DNA of 64,000 bases from an uncultured Pseudomonadota bacterium (GTDB taxonomy: Bacteria; Babelota; Babeliae; Babelales; Vermiphilaceae), in contig CAYTRW010000003.1 of the NCBI GenBank assembly GCA_964440325.1, forward strand, positions 2,924 to 66,923. Direction: 5' to 3'. The translations under genes were made by a program, and so were the position numbers. This document shows positions 17,827 to 27,481 of the stretch, in pieces. Within the stretch, counting starts at the first letter, position 1; the number at the start of each line of letters is the position of its first letter. The notes below the pieces were generated by a model. The model was not told where the DNA came from, did no database searches, and was given only the letters and a program-made list of their open reading frames with translations.

Positions 17827-18414
17827 ATGCTTGCATATATAACAGGGACTGTGAGCTTTACGCAAGAATCTTCATTAATTCTTCAAGCAGCAGGATTTGG
17901 ATTTTTGATTTTTACGCCAGAAGGGTATTTTTTTGCTCAAAATCAGACAGTAACATTGTATGTGTATTTGCATTGGCAACAAGATCAAGCGCCAACGGTG
18001 TATGGGTTTAAAACAGAAGCAGAAAAAACGATTTTTTGTTTATTGCTTGAATGTTCTGGGATTGGTCCAAAAGTTGCACTTGCCGTGTTATCAAAATTAG
18101 GGATTGAGCAAATTGTGCATGCCATTCATCAAGAAGATGCCCGAATTTTGAGTAGTGCTCCTGGTGTAGGTATAAAAAAAGCAGAGCAGATGATTTTGCA
18201 TCTCAAGCATAAGGTAGATAAAATTGCAGGGCTTACGTATCAAGCAAGTGAATCTTCAAGTGCGCTACACGATGTTATTCAGGCACTTAATGCATTAAAT
18301 TATTCAAAAGCAGAAATTAGTTTTGCAATTAATCAGCTTAAACATGATGAGAGTGTACAGAATAAAACATTTGATTATATGCTAAAAAAAGCGCTCGCTC
18401 ATTTGGCAAAGTAG
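17827..18414 (+). CDS. ruvA: Holliday junction branch-migration complex subunit RuvA
   Basis: MLAYITGTV... OB-fold N-terminus, HhH region (GIGPKVALAVLS), C-terminal domain III. 195 aa. Confidence 0.9.
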   Translation: MLAYITGTVSFTQESSLILQAAGFGFLIFTPEGYFFAQNQTVTLYVYLHWQQDQAPTVYGFKTEAEKTIFCLLLECSGIGPKVALAVLSKLGIEQIVHAIHQEDARILSSAPGVGIKKAEQMILHLKHKVDKIAGLTYQASESSSALHDVIQALNALNYSKAEISFAINQLKHDESVQNKTFDYMLKKALAHLAK

Positions 18415-18514
18415 CATTATTTTTAGTATTTTTTAAATTGTAAGTTCAAGGATTTGGTATTCTGAAGTTAAGAAGGTTGATGCCTTCTTGTGATGAGAAA
18501 GTTGAAATAACAAA

Positions 18515-18844
18515 TTAATTTGTTATTTCAAAAATATCTTTAGCTGCAAAGCCATAAAAAATAGTTGCAGGCAAAAGTGCTAAGGCGCGATTTGCAGTTG
18601 AAGAATCAGGGTTGTTTTGAGCATACTTTAATCTGGCAATCATACAGGCTGTAGTTAACCCAACTTTAACTGCAAAAAGCTTACCATTAAAGGGATTCCT
18701 TTGATTTAGGGGACTTTGATTCAGATCAACAGGATTGTTGTAGGTTGGAGTTCCTTGCAAAGAGTAAGATAGTCCTAAAAAAATAGGTAGGGTAACAAGG
18801 TTTAATAGCCTCTTCTTCTGAATATTTAGCATAACAACCTCCAA
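18515..18844 (-). CDS. Hypothetical small membrane/secreted protein
   Basis: ORF with hydrophobic segments; no homology recognised. Confidence 0.3.
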   Translation of the reverse strand: MEVVMLNIQKKRLLNLVTLPIFLGLSYSLQGTPTYNNPVDLNQSPLNQRNPFNGKLFAVKVGLTTACMIARLKYAQNNPDSSTANRALALLPATIFYGFAAKDIFEITN

Positions 18845-18995
18845 TATGCTTTTATGATTATATCTATTTTTAATTATATAGCCATAATTCTATCTGTAAA
18901 GCGCTAATTGGAAGAGGCATCTTGAGTATCAAAAAGGGCTAAAAGGCTTACTGTAAAGGGAATGGCTTTATTGCGTGATTGGTATTATTTCACGT

Positions 18996-19400
18996 CTAAT
19001 CTGTATGTAGCGGGTTGTTCTTGATGCTATTTATAATATAATCTTTATTGCGTATAACAAGATTCAAGCATGAAATGGCGACAAACATTTTTGCCATTTG
19101 AGAGCTATTCATGCCATTGGGCTCTTTATTTGCAAAAGATTGGCTTACATGCATAGCGACTCCCAGGCTTCCTGTTATTAATCCATTTTCAAGCATAAAA
19201 TCTATGCAAGAAAAAGGAGGGGTATCATTTTTGCGTGGTTCTTGATCAACCTTATGAAGATATCGAGAAACTTCATGTATTACAAGTTGGTCATTAAATC
19301 TAACTTTTTTAGTAGGAGAGGGAGGAGTAGAGGTTAAGCATGAGAATGTTGGAATATGAGTACAAAATAAAAGTCCAAAAAAAAGTATCAACATATACAA
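18996..19400 (-). CDS. Hypothetical secreted protein
   Basis: N-terminal hydrophobic signal-like segment; no homology recognised. Confidence 0.3.
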   Translation of the reverse strand: MYMLILFFGLLFCTHIPTFSCLTSTPPSPTKKVRFNDQLVIHEVSRYLHKVDQEPRKNDTPPFSCIDFMLENGLITGSLGVAMHVSQSFANKEPNGMNSSQMAKMFVAISCLNLVIRNKDYIINSIKNNPLHTD

Positions 19401-19608
19401 TAAGGTAATAATAAAAAATACAAATACAATCTTGGATGATTAGTGTTATCGTTTTTTATTTTTTGTCTAGGTGTATTTTTAACGTAAAGAGCCTAGCGAA
19501 AAGAGATGAAATAAAAATTAGTGTCCGTTGAAGACAATTTTTTTTTACTTCTTTATACTCGCTGTAGAGCTCCTATATTTTATTTTTATTGCTATGAAAG
19601 GACCTTGC

Positions 19609-20916
19609 ATGAATGTACTTTCTTTTTTTGCATGGCTTAACAACGATATTCTTGCTTTGCCAACGGTAATACTTTTTTTGGGAGCAGCACTGTATTTTAG
19701 TGTTATATCGCGATTTGTGCAGATTCGTGCATTCAAAAGACTTTTTTTGCTTGTTACGCAAGGGATAAAAAAAACGGTAAAAAAAGATGATCAAGGCGAG
19801 GTTGCCACGATAAGTGGATTACATGCATTGTGTACGGCAATGGCAACAGCAATTGGGACAGGGAGTGTTGTGGGGCCGTCATTAGCAATTATAACGGGTG
19901 GTCCTGGTGCATTATTTTGGCTTGTGATGTATCTTGTTTTTGGATCTGTTACCAAGTTTACAGAAATTATGTTTGCTATTCAGACGCGCCAAACAACCGA
20001 ACACAAAAAAATTCTTGGTGGACCGATGCAATATTTAGCATATGTCTCCCCATATCTTGCTTCTTGGTATGGAGTACTACTTATAATTTTAATTTCTGGG
20101 TGGAATATGGCGCAAGCGAGTAACTTGGCAGCTATTTGCGCTTTAGAGTCAGTGCCTGAATGGGTAGTAGGAGGCTTTCTTGCAGGGATGCTTATTCTTG
20201 CACTTTCTGGTGGAGCACAGCGGGTAAGTTCAATTGCAAGTAAATTAGTTCCTATTATGTTTACCCTGTATGTAAGCTTTGCTTTGTATATTATTTTGCA
20301 TGATCTTTATGCGTTCAAACAGGCTTTGTATTTGGTATTACATGATGTTTTTTCATGGAAAGCGTTTTCAATAGCAACATTGTTGCATGCTATGCATGCG
20401 GGAATTTATAAAGCTATTTTTATTTGTGAAGCGGGGCTTGGTACTTCAGCAATTCCGCATGCTCTTGCAGATACAAAAGATCCTCGCGATCAAGCAATTC
20501 TTGGGATGTATGCAACCATTGCAGATATCATTCTTTCTGTTATTTCAGGGCTTCTTGTCTTGGTAACAGGATTGTGGAACGTTGGTAATTTTAGAAGCAC
20601 ATTGATTTATGAAGCATTTAAAATGCAAGCTCCTGGGTTTGGGCAATGGGTTTTGCTTTTTAGTATTTTGCTTTTTGTTCTTACAACGGTCATAGGTAAT
20701 GGGTTTAATGGAATGCAAACCTTTGCAACGTTTTCACAGTATCGCTTTTTAAAGCTTTTTAGCATTATTGCAGCATGCATTGTTTTTGTAGGCGCAATTT
20801 TACCGGTTCCACTCGTTTGGGAAATTATGAATACTATTTTGGCAGCAGCAGCAATTCCGCATGTTATTGGGTTGCTTATTCTTTCATACAAAAAACCAGA
20901 TTTGTTGCGGTATTAA
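19609..20916 (+). CDS. Sodium:alanine (amino-acid) symporter, AGCS family
   Basis: N-terminal LALPTVILFLGAALYFSVISRFVQIRAFKRLF is the AgcS signature, with about 11 TM. Start placed at ATG 19609 (MNVLSFF). Confidence 0.8.
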   Translation: MNVLSFFAWLNNDILALPTVILFLGAALYFSVISRFVQIRAFKRLFLLVTQGIKKTVKKDDQGEVATISGLHALCTAMATAIGTGSVVGPSLAIITGGPGALFWLVMYLVFGSVTKFTEIMFAIQTRQTTEHKKILGGPMQYLAYVSPYLASWYGVLLIILISGWNMAQASNLAAICALESVPEWVVGGFLAGMLILALSGGAQRVSSIASKLVPIMFTLYVSFALYIILHDLYAFKQALYLVLHDVFSWKAFSIATLLHAMHAGIYKAIFICEAGLGTSAIPHALADTKDPRDQAILGMYATIADIILSVISGLLVLVTGLWNVGNFRSTLIYEAFKMQAPGFGQWVLLFSILLFVLTTVIGNGFNGMQTFATFSQYRFLKLFSIIAACIVFVGAILPVPLVWEIMNTILAAAAIPHVIGLLILSYKKPDLLRY

Positions 20917-20924
20917 TGGGTTTG

Positions 20925-23117
20925 TTAGCGACAGGACAAGTCAGAAGTCAGGTATTCTTTTAAAAGAGTAAGGCGTTCTGTTTTGTTACAGTTTTTTATT
21001 GCCATAGCCAAAGCGCGTGCTTGTCCTACGATGATACATAATTTTTTGGCACGGGTAACAGCGGTGTACAGTAAATTCCGCTGGAGCATCATAAAGTGCC
21101 CCATAAAAAGAGGGATTATGACAGCTTGATATTCCGATCCCTGACTTTTATGGATAGAGATTGCATATGCAAGAACGAGTTCATCAAGCTCTGATTGTTC
21201 ATAGGGTACTGTGCGGTCGGGATATCGTACATGCATACGGTGATCTGATGTATCAATAGTTTGTACAATGCCAATATCACCATTAAAAACATTTTTATCA
21301 TAATTATTTTTGATATGCATTACACGATCACCTTCACGATAGGTGTATCCACCATACGTTAAAGATGACTTTTGTTCTGCAGTGTTCAAAAATGTTTGCA
21401 TAGTATGATTGAGAGCATATGTTCCGGTGATGCCACGATTCATGGGAGAAAGCACCATGGTTTCATCAAAAGGGATATGAGCGGCGCGAAGTTTTTTTGC
21501 TAACAATTCTTTTAAGATGTCAGCAAAACCTGCAGGATCATCTTGCTTGATAAATAAAAAATCTTTTTTTGATTCAGAAGATATTTGAGGGACAGGAAAT
21601 TCTCCATTGTTAATACGGTGAGCATTAACAATGATCATGCTGTCTTGTGCTTGTCTAAAAATTTGTGTTAATCGAATGGTAGGTATTTTTTGTGTTGCAA
21701 TTAGATCATTTAAGACATTTCCTGCTCCAACAGAAGGAAGTTGGTCGACATCTCCTATAAAAATGACATGTGCATAACGAGGAACAGCTTTTAAAAGAGA
21801 AGATGCCAAAAAGATATCGATCATTGATGCTTCATCAAGGATAAGAAAATCAAGAGCAAGCGCATTTGACTCGTTGCGCGTAAAGCGCATGGTAGCAGGG
21901 TCAAACTCCAGAAGCCGATGAATGGTTACGGCTTCTTTTTTTGTACTTTCTGTAATGCGTTTTGCAGCACGTCCTGTTGGAGCAGCAAGACGATATGCTA
22001 TTTTATGAGCATCAAGAATGGTCAAAAGTTGCTTGATAAGCGTAGTTTTCCCTGTTCCTGGGCCACCCGTTATGATAGTTATTTTTTCTTGTAGGCAGGT
22101 CAATATACCTTTTTGTTGATCTTCATTTAATGCGATATTCTCATTTTGTGTGCGTAATTGGGTGTAAACATGCTCAATATCAATAGGGTGTCGAGTTGCG
22201 CATGCACGTATGTGGTCTATGCAAAGAGCAATATTCTTTTCATTCCAGTAGTTGCTATTTGTTGTCACAAAATGTTCATTTTGTTTACTGATAAGTTTTA
22301 TTTTTTCATCATTATAAAGAGCATGAAACGCTGTTTTTATAATATGAGCATGATCGGGGAGTGAAATCTCAAGAAGCTCAGCAGTTTTTGTTTTAAGGGC
22401 ATTAAGTTCAACATAAACATGTCCAAATCCAATATCAGTTGCTAAGACGTGCAGTATGCCTGCTCTGCATCTTTTGGGAGAATCATGGCGCATTCCCATG
22501 TTTTGAGCAATATCATCAGCCATTTTAAAACCGATTCCCCAAATATCTTCTGCAAGTCGATAGGGGTTTTCAATAATCAAATCAATTGCACGTGTTCCAT
22601 ATTGTTTAAAAATTTTGACGGCATATGTTGTAGAGATGCCTTTTTCTTGTAAAAAAAGCATAATATGAGAGATTTCACGTTGATCAATCCATGCATCGAT
22701 AATTGTTTCAGCGCGCTTTTGTCCAATGCCAGGAACTTCTTTGAGTCTTTGTGGCTCTTTATCAATAATATCAAGAACCGCCTTGCCAAAATAGGTAACG
22801 AGTTTTTCTGCGTATGCAGGACCAATTCCTTTTATAAGTCCAGATCCTAAGTATGCAATGAGACCTTTAGTGCTTGTAGGCCGTTCAACAGTGCATGATA
22901 TTGCTTCAAATTGTTTGCCAAATTTAGGGTGAACAACCCATGATCCGCTAATTAAAATATGTTCACCCGGTTGAATATTTGGGATAATGCCGCGTGCAGT
23001 TACTTCATGCTTAGTAGAAAGTGACAGCACAAAAACAGCATATCCATTTTCTTGATTGCGATATACAATCTTTAAAACGGATCCAGATAGTTTTTCAGTG
23101 TGATTTTCTAAACTCAT
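20925..23117 (-). CDS. RecD2-type SF1 5'-3' DNA helicase (RecD/TraA family)
   Basis: N-terminal OB/HhH region, Walker A ITGGPGTGKTT, and SF1 helicase motifs (DEASM, QLPSVGAGN, ...AISIHKSQGSEY). 730 aa. Confidence 0.85.
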   Translation of the reverse strand: MSLENHTEKLSGSVLKIVYRNQENGYAVFVLSLSTKHEVTARGIIPNIQPGEHILISGSWVVHPKFGKQFEAISCTVERPTSTKGLIAYLGSGLIKGIGPAYAEKLVTYFGKAVLDIIDKEPQRLKEVPGIGQKRAETIIDAWIDQREISHIMLFLQEKGISTTYAVKIFKQYGTRAIDLIIENPYRLAEDIWGIGFKMADDIAQNMGMRHDSPKRCRAGILHVLATDIGFGHVYVELNALKTKTAELLEISLPDHAHIIKTAFHALYNDEKIKLISKQNEHFVTTNSNYWNEKNIALCIDHIRACATRHPIDIEHVYTQLRTQNENIALNEDQQKGILTCLQEKITIITGGPGTGKTTLIKQLLTILDAHKIAYRLAAPTGRAAKRITESTKKEAVTIHRLLEFDPATMRFTRNESNALALDFLILDEASMIDIFLASSLLKAVPRYAHVIFIGDVDQLPSVGAGNVLNDLIATQKIPTIRLTQIFRQAQDSMIIVNAHRINNGEFPVPQISSESKKDFLFIKQDDPAGFADILKELLAKKLRAAHIPFDETMVLSPMNRGITGTYALNHTMQTFLNTAEQKSSLTYGGYTYREGDRVMHIKNNYDKNVFNGDIGIVQTIDTSDHRMHVRYPDRTVPYEQSELDELVLAYAISIHKSQGSEYQAVIIPLFMGHFMMLQRNLLYTAVTRAKKLCIIVGQARALAMAIKNCNKTERLTLLKEYLTSDLSCR

Positions 23118-23835
23118 TCCAGAGCTCTTTGACCGTTTCTATAGAAATAGCAGTAAGCTTTTCTGTTAAATGATGTTTGACTACGTAGGCAATAAAGCGT
23201 TTTTCTTCTTGTGGTGATACAGTTGCTATTTTTGGAAGAAGATCATGAATAACGTGAAGCCTTTCCATGCGTTGCTTAAAGAGCGCATGTGCCTTTGGAC
23301 AACTGTTAATAATATCACTTAAAAAGGTTAAAAGATCAAGGCAGAACTCATTAAATTTTTCAAATGTTGTGATAGTTTTATTAAAGTGTTCATGCTCTTC
23401 TTGTTCTTCTACTTCAGCCCATCGCAAAAGGAGACTAAATGGTTTTGTGTGAATGCGTGCCCATTCTCTGATGAGTGGAATAAATTGTGCTTTTGATCCA
23501 TGAGCTGCAGCCATGCATTGAGCACTTACTTCAAGAAAAGAAGCTTTAAGTTCTTTTAAAAGAGCATTCTTTTTTTCAATCAGTATGCTGCCTTTTTGTT
23601 CTAAAGAGATTAAATCTTGTATAGAAAGAGATTCTTGTGTGTGTGGTCCCTTTAAAAGATGTTCAACTTTTGTTCCAAGTTGATACATATGTCCGATGTC
23701 ATTTTCTTTAATAAGAAGTCCATCAAGTGCAGCAGCTGTTGGCAGGATATCATGAGAAGATTCTGATGTTTTTGCATACATTGATGAAACGGTGAGTGCA
23801 CACAAGTATCCGATATAAAAAATCTTTTTGTTCAT
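23095..23835 (-). CDS. Hypothetical secreted protein (246 aa)
   Basis: Signal peptide MNKKIFYIGYLCALTVSSMYA. Its 3' end overlaps the recD2 start by 23 nt, so it is probably co-transcribed. Confidence 0.4.
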   Translation of the reverse strand: MNKKIFYIGYLCALTVSSMYAKTSESSHDILPTAAALDGLLIKENDIGHMYQLGTKVEHLLKGPHTQESLSIQDLISLEQKGSILIEKKNALLKELKASFLEVSAQCMAAAHGSKAQFIPLIREWARIHTKPFSLLLRWAEVEEQEEHEHFNKTITTFEKFNEFCLDLLTFLSDIINSCPKAHALFKQRMERLHVIHDLLPKIATVSPQEEKRFIAYVVKHHLTEKLTAISIETVKELWNEFRKSH

Positions 23836-23879
23836 GTAAATTCCTTTTTAAAGGTGATTGTACGATATGGTTTATCTAA

Positions 23880-25556
23880 TCAAAATAATCGCTCAATGCC
23901 AAATGCAAGCCCCCATAATTTTCCAATTCCTTTTTTAAAAAGAGTATAGTCTCCGCTAATAGTGAAGAGCCATCCTTTATGATTATCGCCACTATTGTAT
24001 GAAATGCTTCCAAAGAGATCTATTTGATATGCAATAGGAGGATATACTTTTGAAAAGCATACTTGATCTTGAATGGATTGATAATTTATAGGGGATATTC
24101 CATTTACACCTTGCAACCATGAGTCCAGTCCTGCTGTTGCGACAAGAGCATCGCCAAGATAGGATATTTTGCTTATATATCTAAATATAGGACGCGGATG
24201 AATGCTCACTGAAAAAGCTCGTAAATAAAGACGCTGTACAAATTCACTTTCTAAAAAGGCGAGATTTTTTGCCGCTTTAATAGGGTCTATAACAGGAGAA
24301 AGAGGATTTATAAAGAGACTTGGATCAAAAAGTTTAGGATTGATCTTGTTGGTAAAAAAGCGCTTTTCTGTGTTTGGGAAATAATATTCAAGACTTATGC
24401 GATTTTCAAAAATTGTATTATGTGCATTGAGCCCTTCAAACCAGCGACTAAATGGAATATCGAGAGTTAGATATCCACCAATTCCAAGATGCCCACCATT
24501 TCCCAAAGAAGTATCAAGCAAATTTGCTGCCATGCGGTCAACAGCGCCCAGCAAAAAATCACTTAAAATGGTAAATGCTTTTTCTTGATTTGCGGGAGTT
24601 GGATTAAGGGCAAGATCAAAAAGTTCTGTAAAACTGAATGAGGGGAATGTGCATGGTTTTGGAAAAGAGCGCCCAAGCATTCCTTGGTTAATTGCAAATG
24701 CAGTGGGAAGTGTTGTAAAAACACCACCATACAATGTGGAGTATTCTTTGTTAACAAGGCAGGTATCAAATTGAATGCGCATGTCGCCAAAGCCAACTTT
24801 GTCGCTTATCATATGATTTTTTTGGAACTCTTCTTGCTCCTTTGGTCCAAGCTTGCCAAATTCGGCTTCTACAAGAAGACGTTCTTCATCGGTTAATGAA
24901 AAGTTGCGTTCAAAATAATAAAATGGAATTTGAATCATAAGTCGATTGTTATCCCAATATTTTCCTCCAAAAAGCATTGCTCCGCCGGCGCGTTCTTGCA
25001 CAGTCATTGGTTTGAAAAGGCCTAAGAGACGTGTAATATCAATATTATCTGCAGGGTTTGCAAAAAGTGGTTTAAGTTTTGCGACAACGTCTTCTAGTTT
25101 TGTAATCAAAGAAGGCTCTTGGAGTGCAAGGTAAGAATCCATATCTGTGCTATTTTTGGTAAAATTCCCTCGAGACATCATAGATGCAAAAAGCTGCATT
25201 CCTACAAATCCTGCCTCGCAAATATATACACGCACAAAGTCCTCAAACATAGGTCTATCAAGAAGTGGTCGTTTGTTGAGGGTATTGGTGTGTAAAAAAA
25301 GACTTTCTTGTAAAATTTGAAGGATGTCGGCTTGAGCAATTAAGATAGGAACAATAACATCAGGCCCAACGCTTCGTGTTTGCATGATTCCTGTGTCAAA
25401 AAGCTCCAGCTCAAAAGGATCAAAAAAATCTTCTTGGCCAATGGAATCAAAAAAACCAAAATCTTGTGATCGGGATTGAATCTCAAAGGCTATGCTAGAA
25501 AAGACCGTTTGGAAAAGCAGCGTAGAAAAAGCTAAAAGATGCCAGCAAGGAAACAT
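23880..25556 (-). CDS. Putative outer-membrane beta-barrel protein (signal peptide; C-terminal ...FGIERLF)
   Basis: Signal peptide, alternating amphipathic strands toward the C-terminus, terminal Phe. No specific family recognised. Confidence 0.4.
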   Translation of the reverse strand: MFPCWHLLAFSTLLFQTVFSSIAFEIQSRSQDFGFFDSIGQEDFFDPFELELFDTGIMQTRSVGPDVIVPILIAQADILQILQESLFLHTNTLNKRPLLDRPMFEDFVRVYICEAGFVGMQLFASMMSRGNFTKNSTDMDSYLALQEPSLITKLEDVVAKLKPLFANPADNIDITRLLGLFKPMTVQERAGGAMLFGGKYWDNNRLMIQIPFYYFERNFSLTDEERLLVEAEFGKLGPKEQEEFQKNHMISDKVGFGDMRIQFDTCLVNKEYSTLYGGVFTTLPTAFAINQGMLGRSFPKPCTFPSFSFTELFDLALNPTPANQEKAFTILSDFLLGAVDRMAANLLDTSLGNGGHLGIGGYLTLDIPFSRWFEGLNAHNTIFENRISLEYYFPNTEKRFFTNKINPKLFDPSLFINPLSPVIDPIKAAKNLAFLESEFVQRLYLRAFSVSIHPRPIFRYISKISYLGDALVATAGLDSWLQGVNGISPINYQSIQDQVCFSKVYPPIAYQIDLFGSISYNSGDNHKGWLFTISGDYTLFKKGIGKLWGLAFGIERLF

Positions 25557-25680
25557 GATTACTCTCTTTTAAAGATATAAAGGTATATCGTATAGTTAGT
25601 GCGAGTTTGAGTATAAAAAATAATGGATGCTTTCGCGAGTACTCTTTTTATGAATTTAACCGTAAAAAATAATTTTCCTC

Positions 25681-25710
25681 TTGTCATGTTTCGGTAAAAA
25701 GATCTAAACT
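25681..25710 (+). promoter_or_regulatory. Putative sigma70-like promoter for the atp operon (TTGTCA-18-TAAACT)
   Basis: Hexamers read by eye upstream of atpE, with a GAAAGGAAG Shine-Dalgarno before the ATG at 25763. Confidence 0.25.
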
Positions 25711-25762
25711 ACATAAAAAGGCCATACAACAACGCATTGTAACTGTGTCAGAAAGGAAGACT

Positions 25763-26029
25763 ATGATATCTGATGGAATTTGGTATGCAAAAGCAGCCGC
25801 ATTTTTGGGAGCTGCGTTTGCAATGGGAGTTGGAAGTATTGGGCCGGCTTTGGGTCAAGGATTGATTGGCATGAAAGCGTGTGAAAATATTGGTAAAAAT
25901 CCTGAAAGTGCAAATAAGTTGCGAACAGCAATGATGATTGCAATGGGGTTGGTTGAAACCTCTGCAATTTATGCATTGATGATTGCAGCGTGGCTTATTA
26001 TTGTAGGGACAGGATTGTCAGCTGTATAG
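25763..26029 (+). CDS. atpE: F0F1 ATP synthase subunit c
   Basis: Two-helix proteolipid with the GxGxGxG hinge (GSIGPALGQG) and the conserved carboxylate helix (LVETSAIYALMIA). Confidence 0.85.
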   Translation: MISDGIWYAKAAAFLGAAFAMGVGSIGPALGQGLIGMKACENIGKNPESANKLRTAMMIAMGLVETSAIYALMIAAWLIIVGTGLSAV

Positions 26030-26051
26030 TATGCTGTGCCCAAAAGCGTAG

Positions 26052-26441
26052 GTGATATCTATGATGAGTGTAAATGGGACTCTTTTTGTTCAAATGCTTC
26101 ATTTTTCAGTAGCGTATTGGGTATTGAAGCAGTTTCTTTTTGCACCCGTTGTGCGGGTGATTTTGCATGAACAAGAGCTTGCAGATAAGTTGCAAGTGTC
26201 TATTCAAGAACTACAAGGATCTCTTGAGAGCAATGAACGTGCTTTGCTAGAGCAATGGATGGAGTGTCGAGAATATCTTTTGCTAAAGAACATAGAGCAG
26301 GCAGATGATGTATACACCGTAGCAAAAAAAGAGTTCAGTCTTCATGGTCTGACAGCACAAGAAGTTGCGTTTTCTAGGGATGAAGTCTTTGATAGTGCTC
26401 AGGCGCTTGCTGTTAAAATAGCACAAAAGGACAGTGCATGA
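26052..26441 (+). CDS. atpF: F0F1 ATP synthase subunit b-type (first of two)
   Basis: Single N-terminal TM, then the LKQFLFAPVVRVILHEQE b-subunit motif and a charged helical stalk. Confidence 0.5.
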   Translation: MISMMSVNGTLFVQMLHFSVAYWVLKQFLFAPVVRVILHEQELADKLQVSIQELQGSLESNERALLEQWMECREYLLLKNIEQADDVYTVAKKEFSLHGLTAQEVAFSRDEVFDSAQALAVKIAQKDSA

Positions 26442-26920
26442 GTGTTCTGGTGTTTTTTTTTAAAATATATCTTTTTTTTATTCTTGTCGGTATTGTTTTT
26501 TATTTCTTTAAAAAATATGGTCGCCCCTTTTTTATACAAGATCTTGTAATAAAAGAAGAATTGCATCATGAAACGGTATCTCGTTTAGCTGTTTTGACGG
26601 CACAGGTTGTAGAGCAAGAAAAAAATATTACGCAACAACAGCATGAAATTGGGGTACTTAAAAAAAAAATAGATGTATGGGTGCTTGAGTGTAATCAAAA
26701 AAAGATTCGACAGCAAGAAGAGCAAGAGCAGCATCTTGCGTCTATTGAACGGCGTTTTGAGGTTCAACAAACCTACTATCAATCATACAAAAAAGAGCAA
26801 AAACGTATCCCTGCTATTTTAGAATTAACCAGTAATATTCTTGAGCAAAAAATGGCGGGAGAAGAAGGTAAAATGTGGATTGATTCGTTAATAGATGGTC
26901 TTGAAAAGGACAAAAAATGA
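26438..26920 (+). CDS. F0F1 ATP synthase subunit b'-type (second b-like stalk subunit)
   Basis: N-terminal TM plus a long charged coiled-coil stalk. Start overlaps the preceding gene (ATGA). Confidence 0.45.
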   Translation: MSVLVFFFKIYLFFILVGIVFYFFKKYGRPFFIQDLVIKEELHHETVSRLAVLTAQVVEQEKNITQQQHEIGVLKKKIDVWVLECNQKKIRQQEEQEQHLASIERRFEVQQTYYQSYKKEQKRIPAILELTSNILEQKMAGEEGKMWIDSLIDGLEKDKK

Positions 26921-27468
26921 AGCTAATAGGGAAATCAGCGGCAATAGCAAAAAAATATGCTAAAGCATTTATGCAGGTTGCTGGGTCTCGCTTTACGCTT
27001 GAAGATTATCATGCGCTGGGGAAGTTTGAAGATTTTTTGCAGAAAAATCCCCATATCATGTTGGTTTTTAGAGTACCGCTTTTTGAGGATGCCAAAAAAG
27101 CAAAGTTTTTACGGCTGTTGCTTGAACGGTTTGCTCTTCCTGGGCACATGCAAGCATTATGTAATATGCTTTTAGTACATGATCGAATTATGCTTATGGG
27201 CCGTGTTTTTTATATGATTCGGAAGCTCTATCAAGAAGAACATAATATGATGTTCTTTACGATTACCACGTCACACCAGCTAGAAGGGAAAAAGCTTGAA
27301 AAAATACAAAATTTCCTTGCACACAAAACGGGACGTACTATCCTCTATACATATATGGTAGATAATAAATTAATAAGTGGCGTCCGAGCACAAAGTGATA
27401 CCTTGTTGTGGGAGTGTTCGATTCGCCGACGCCTTCGCATTGCTCGCCATGCTTTGGTACCTGTTTGA
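26917..27468 (+). CDS. atpH: F0F1 ATP synthase subunit delta (OSCP)
   Basis: N-terminal IAKKYAKAFMQVAG, typical of delta/OSCP. 183 aa, translationally coupled to the flanking atp genes. Confidence 0.6.
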   Translation: MKLIGKSAAIAKKYAKAFMQVAGSRFTLEDYHALGKFEDFLQKNPHIMLVFRVPLFEDAKKAKFLRLLLERFALPGHMQALCNMLLVHDRIMLMGRVFYMIRKLYQEEHNMMFFTITTSHQLEGKKLEKIQNFLAHKTGRTILYTYMVDNKLISGVRAQSDTLLWECSIRRRLRIARHALVPV

Positions 27469-27481
27469 AAAGGTTTTTTAG

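Noticed and set aside
18503-18528. Perfect 11-bp inverted repeat GAAATAACAAA-TTAA-TTTGTTATTTC downstream of ruvA
   Set aside because: It has no T-run on either strand and overlaps the stop codon of the minus-strand ORF 18515-18844. It may be a weak terminator or protein-binding site, but the evidence is insufficient.
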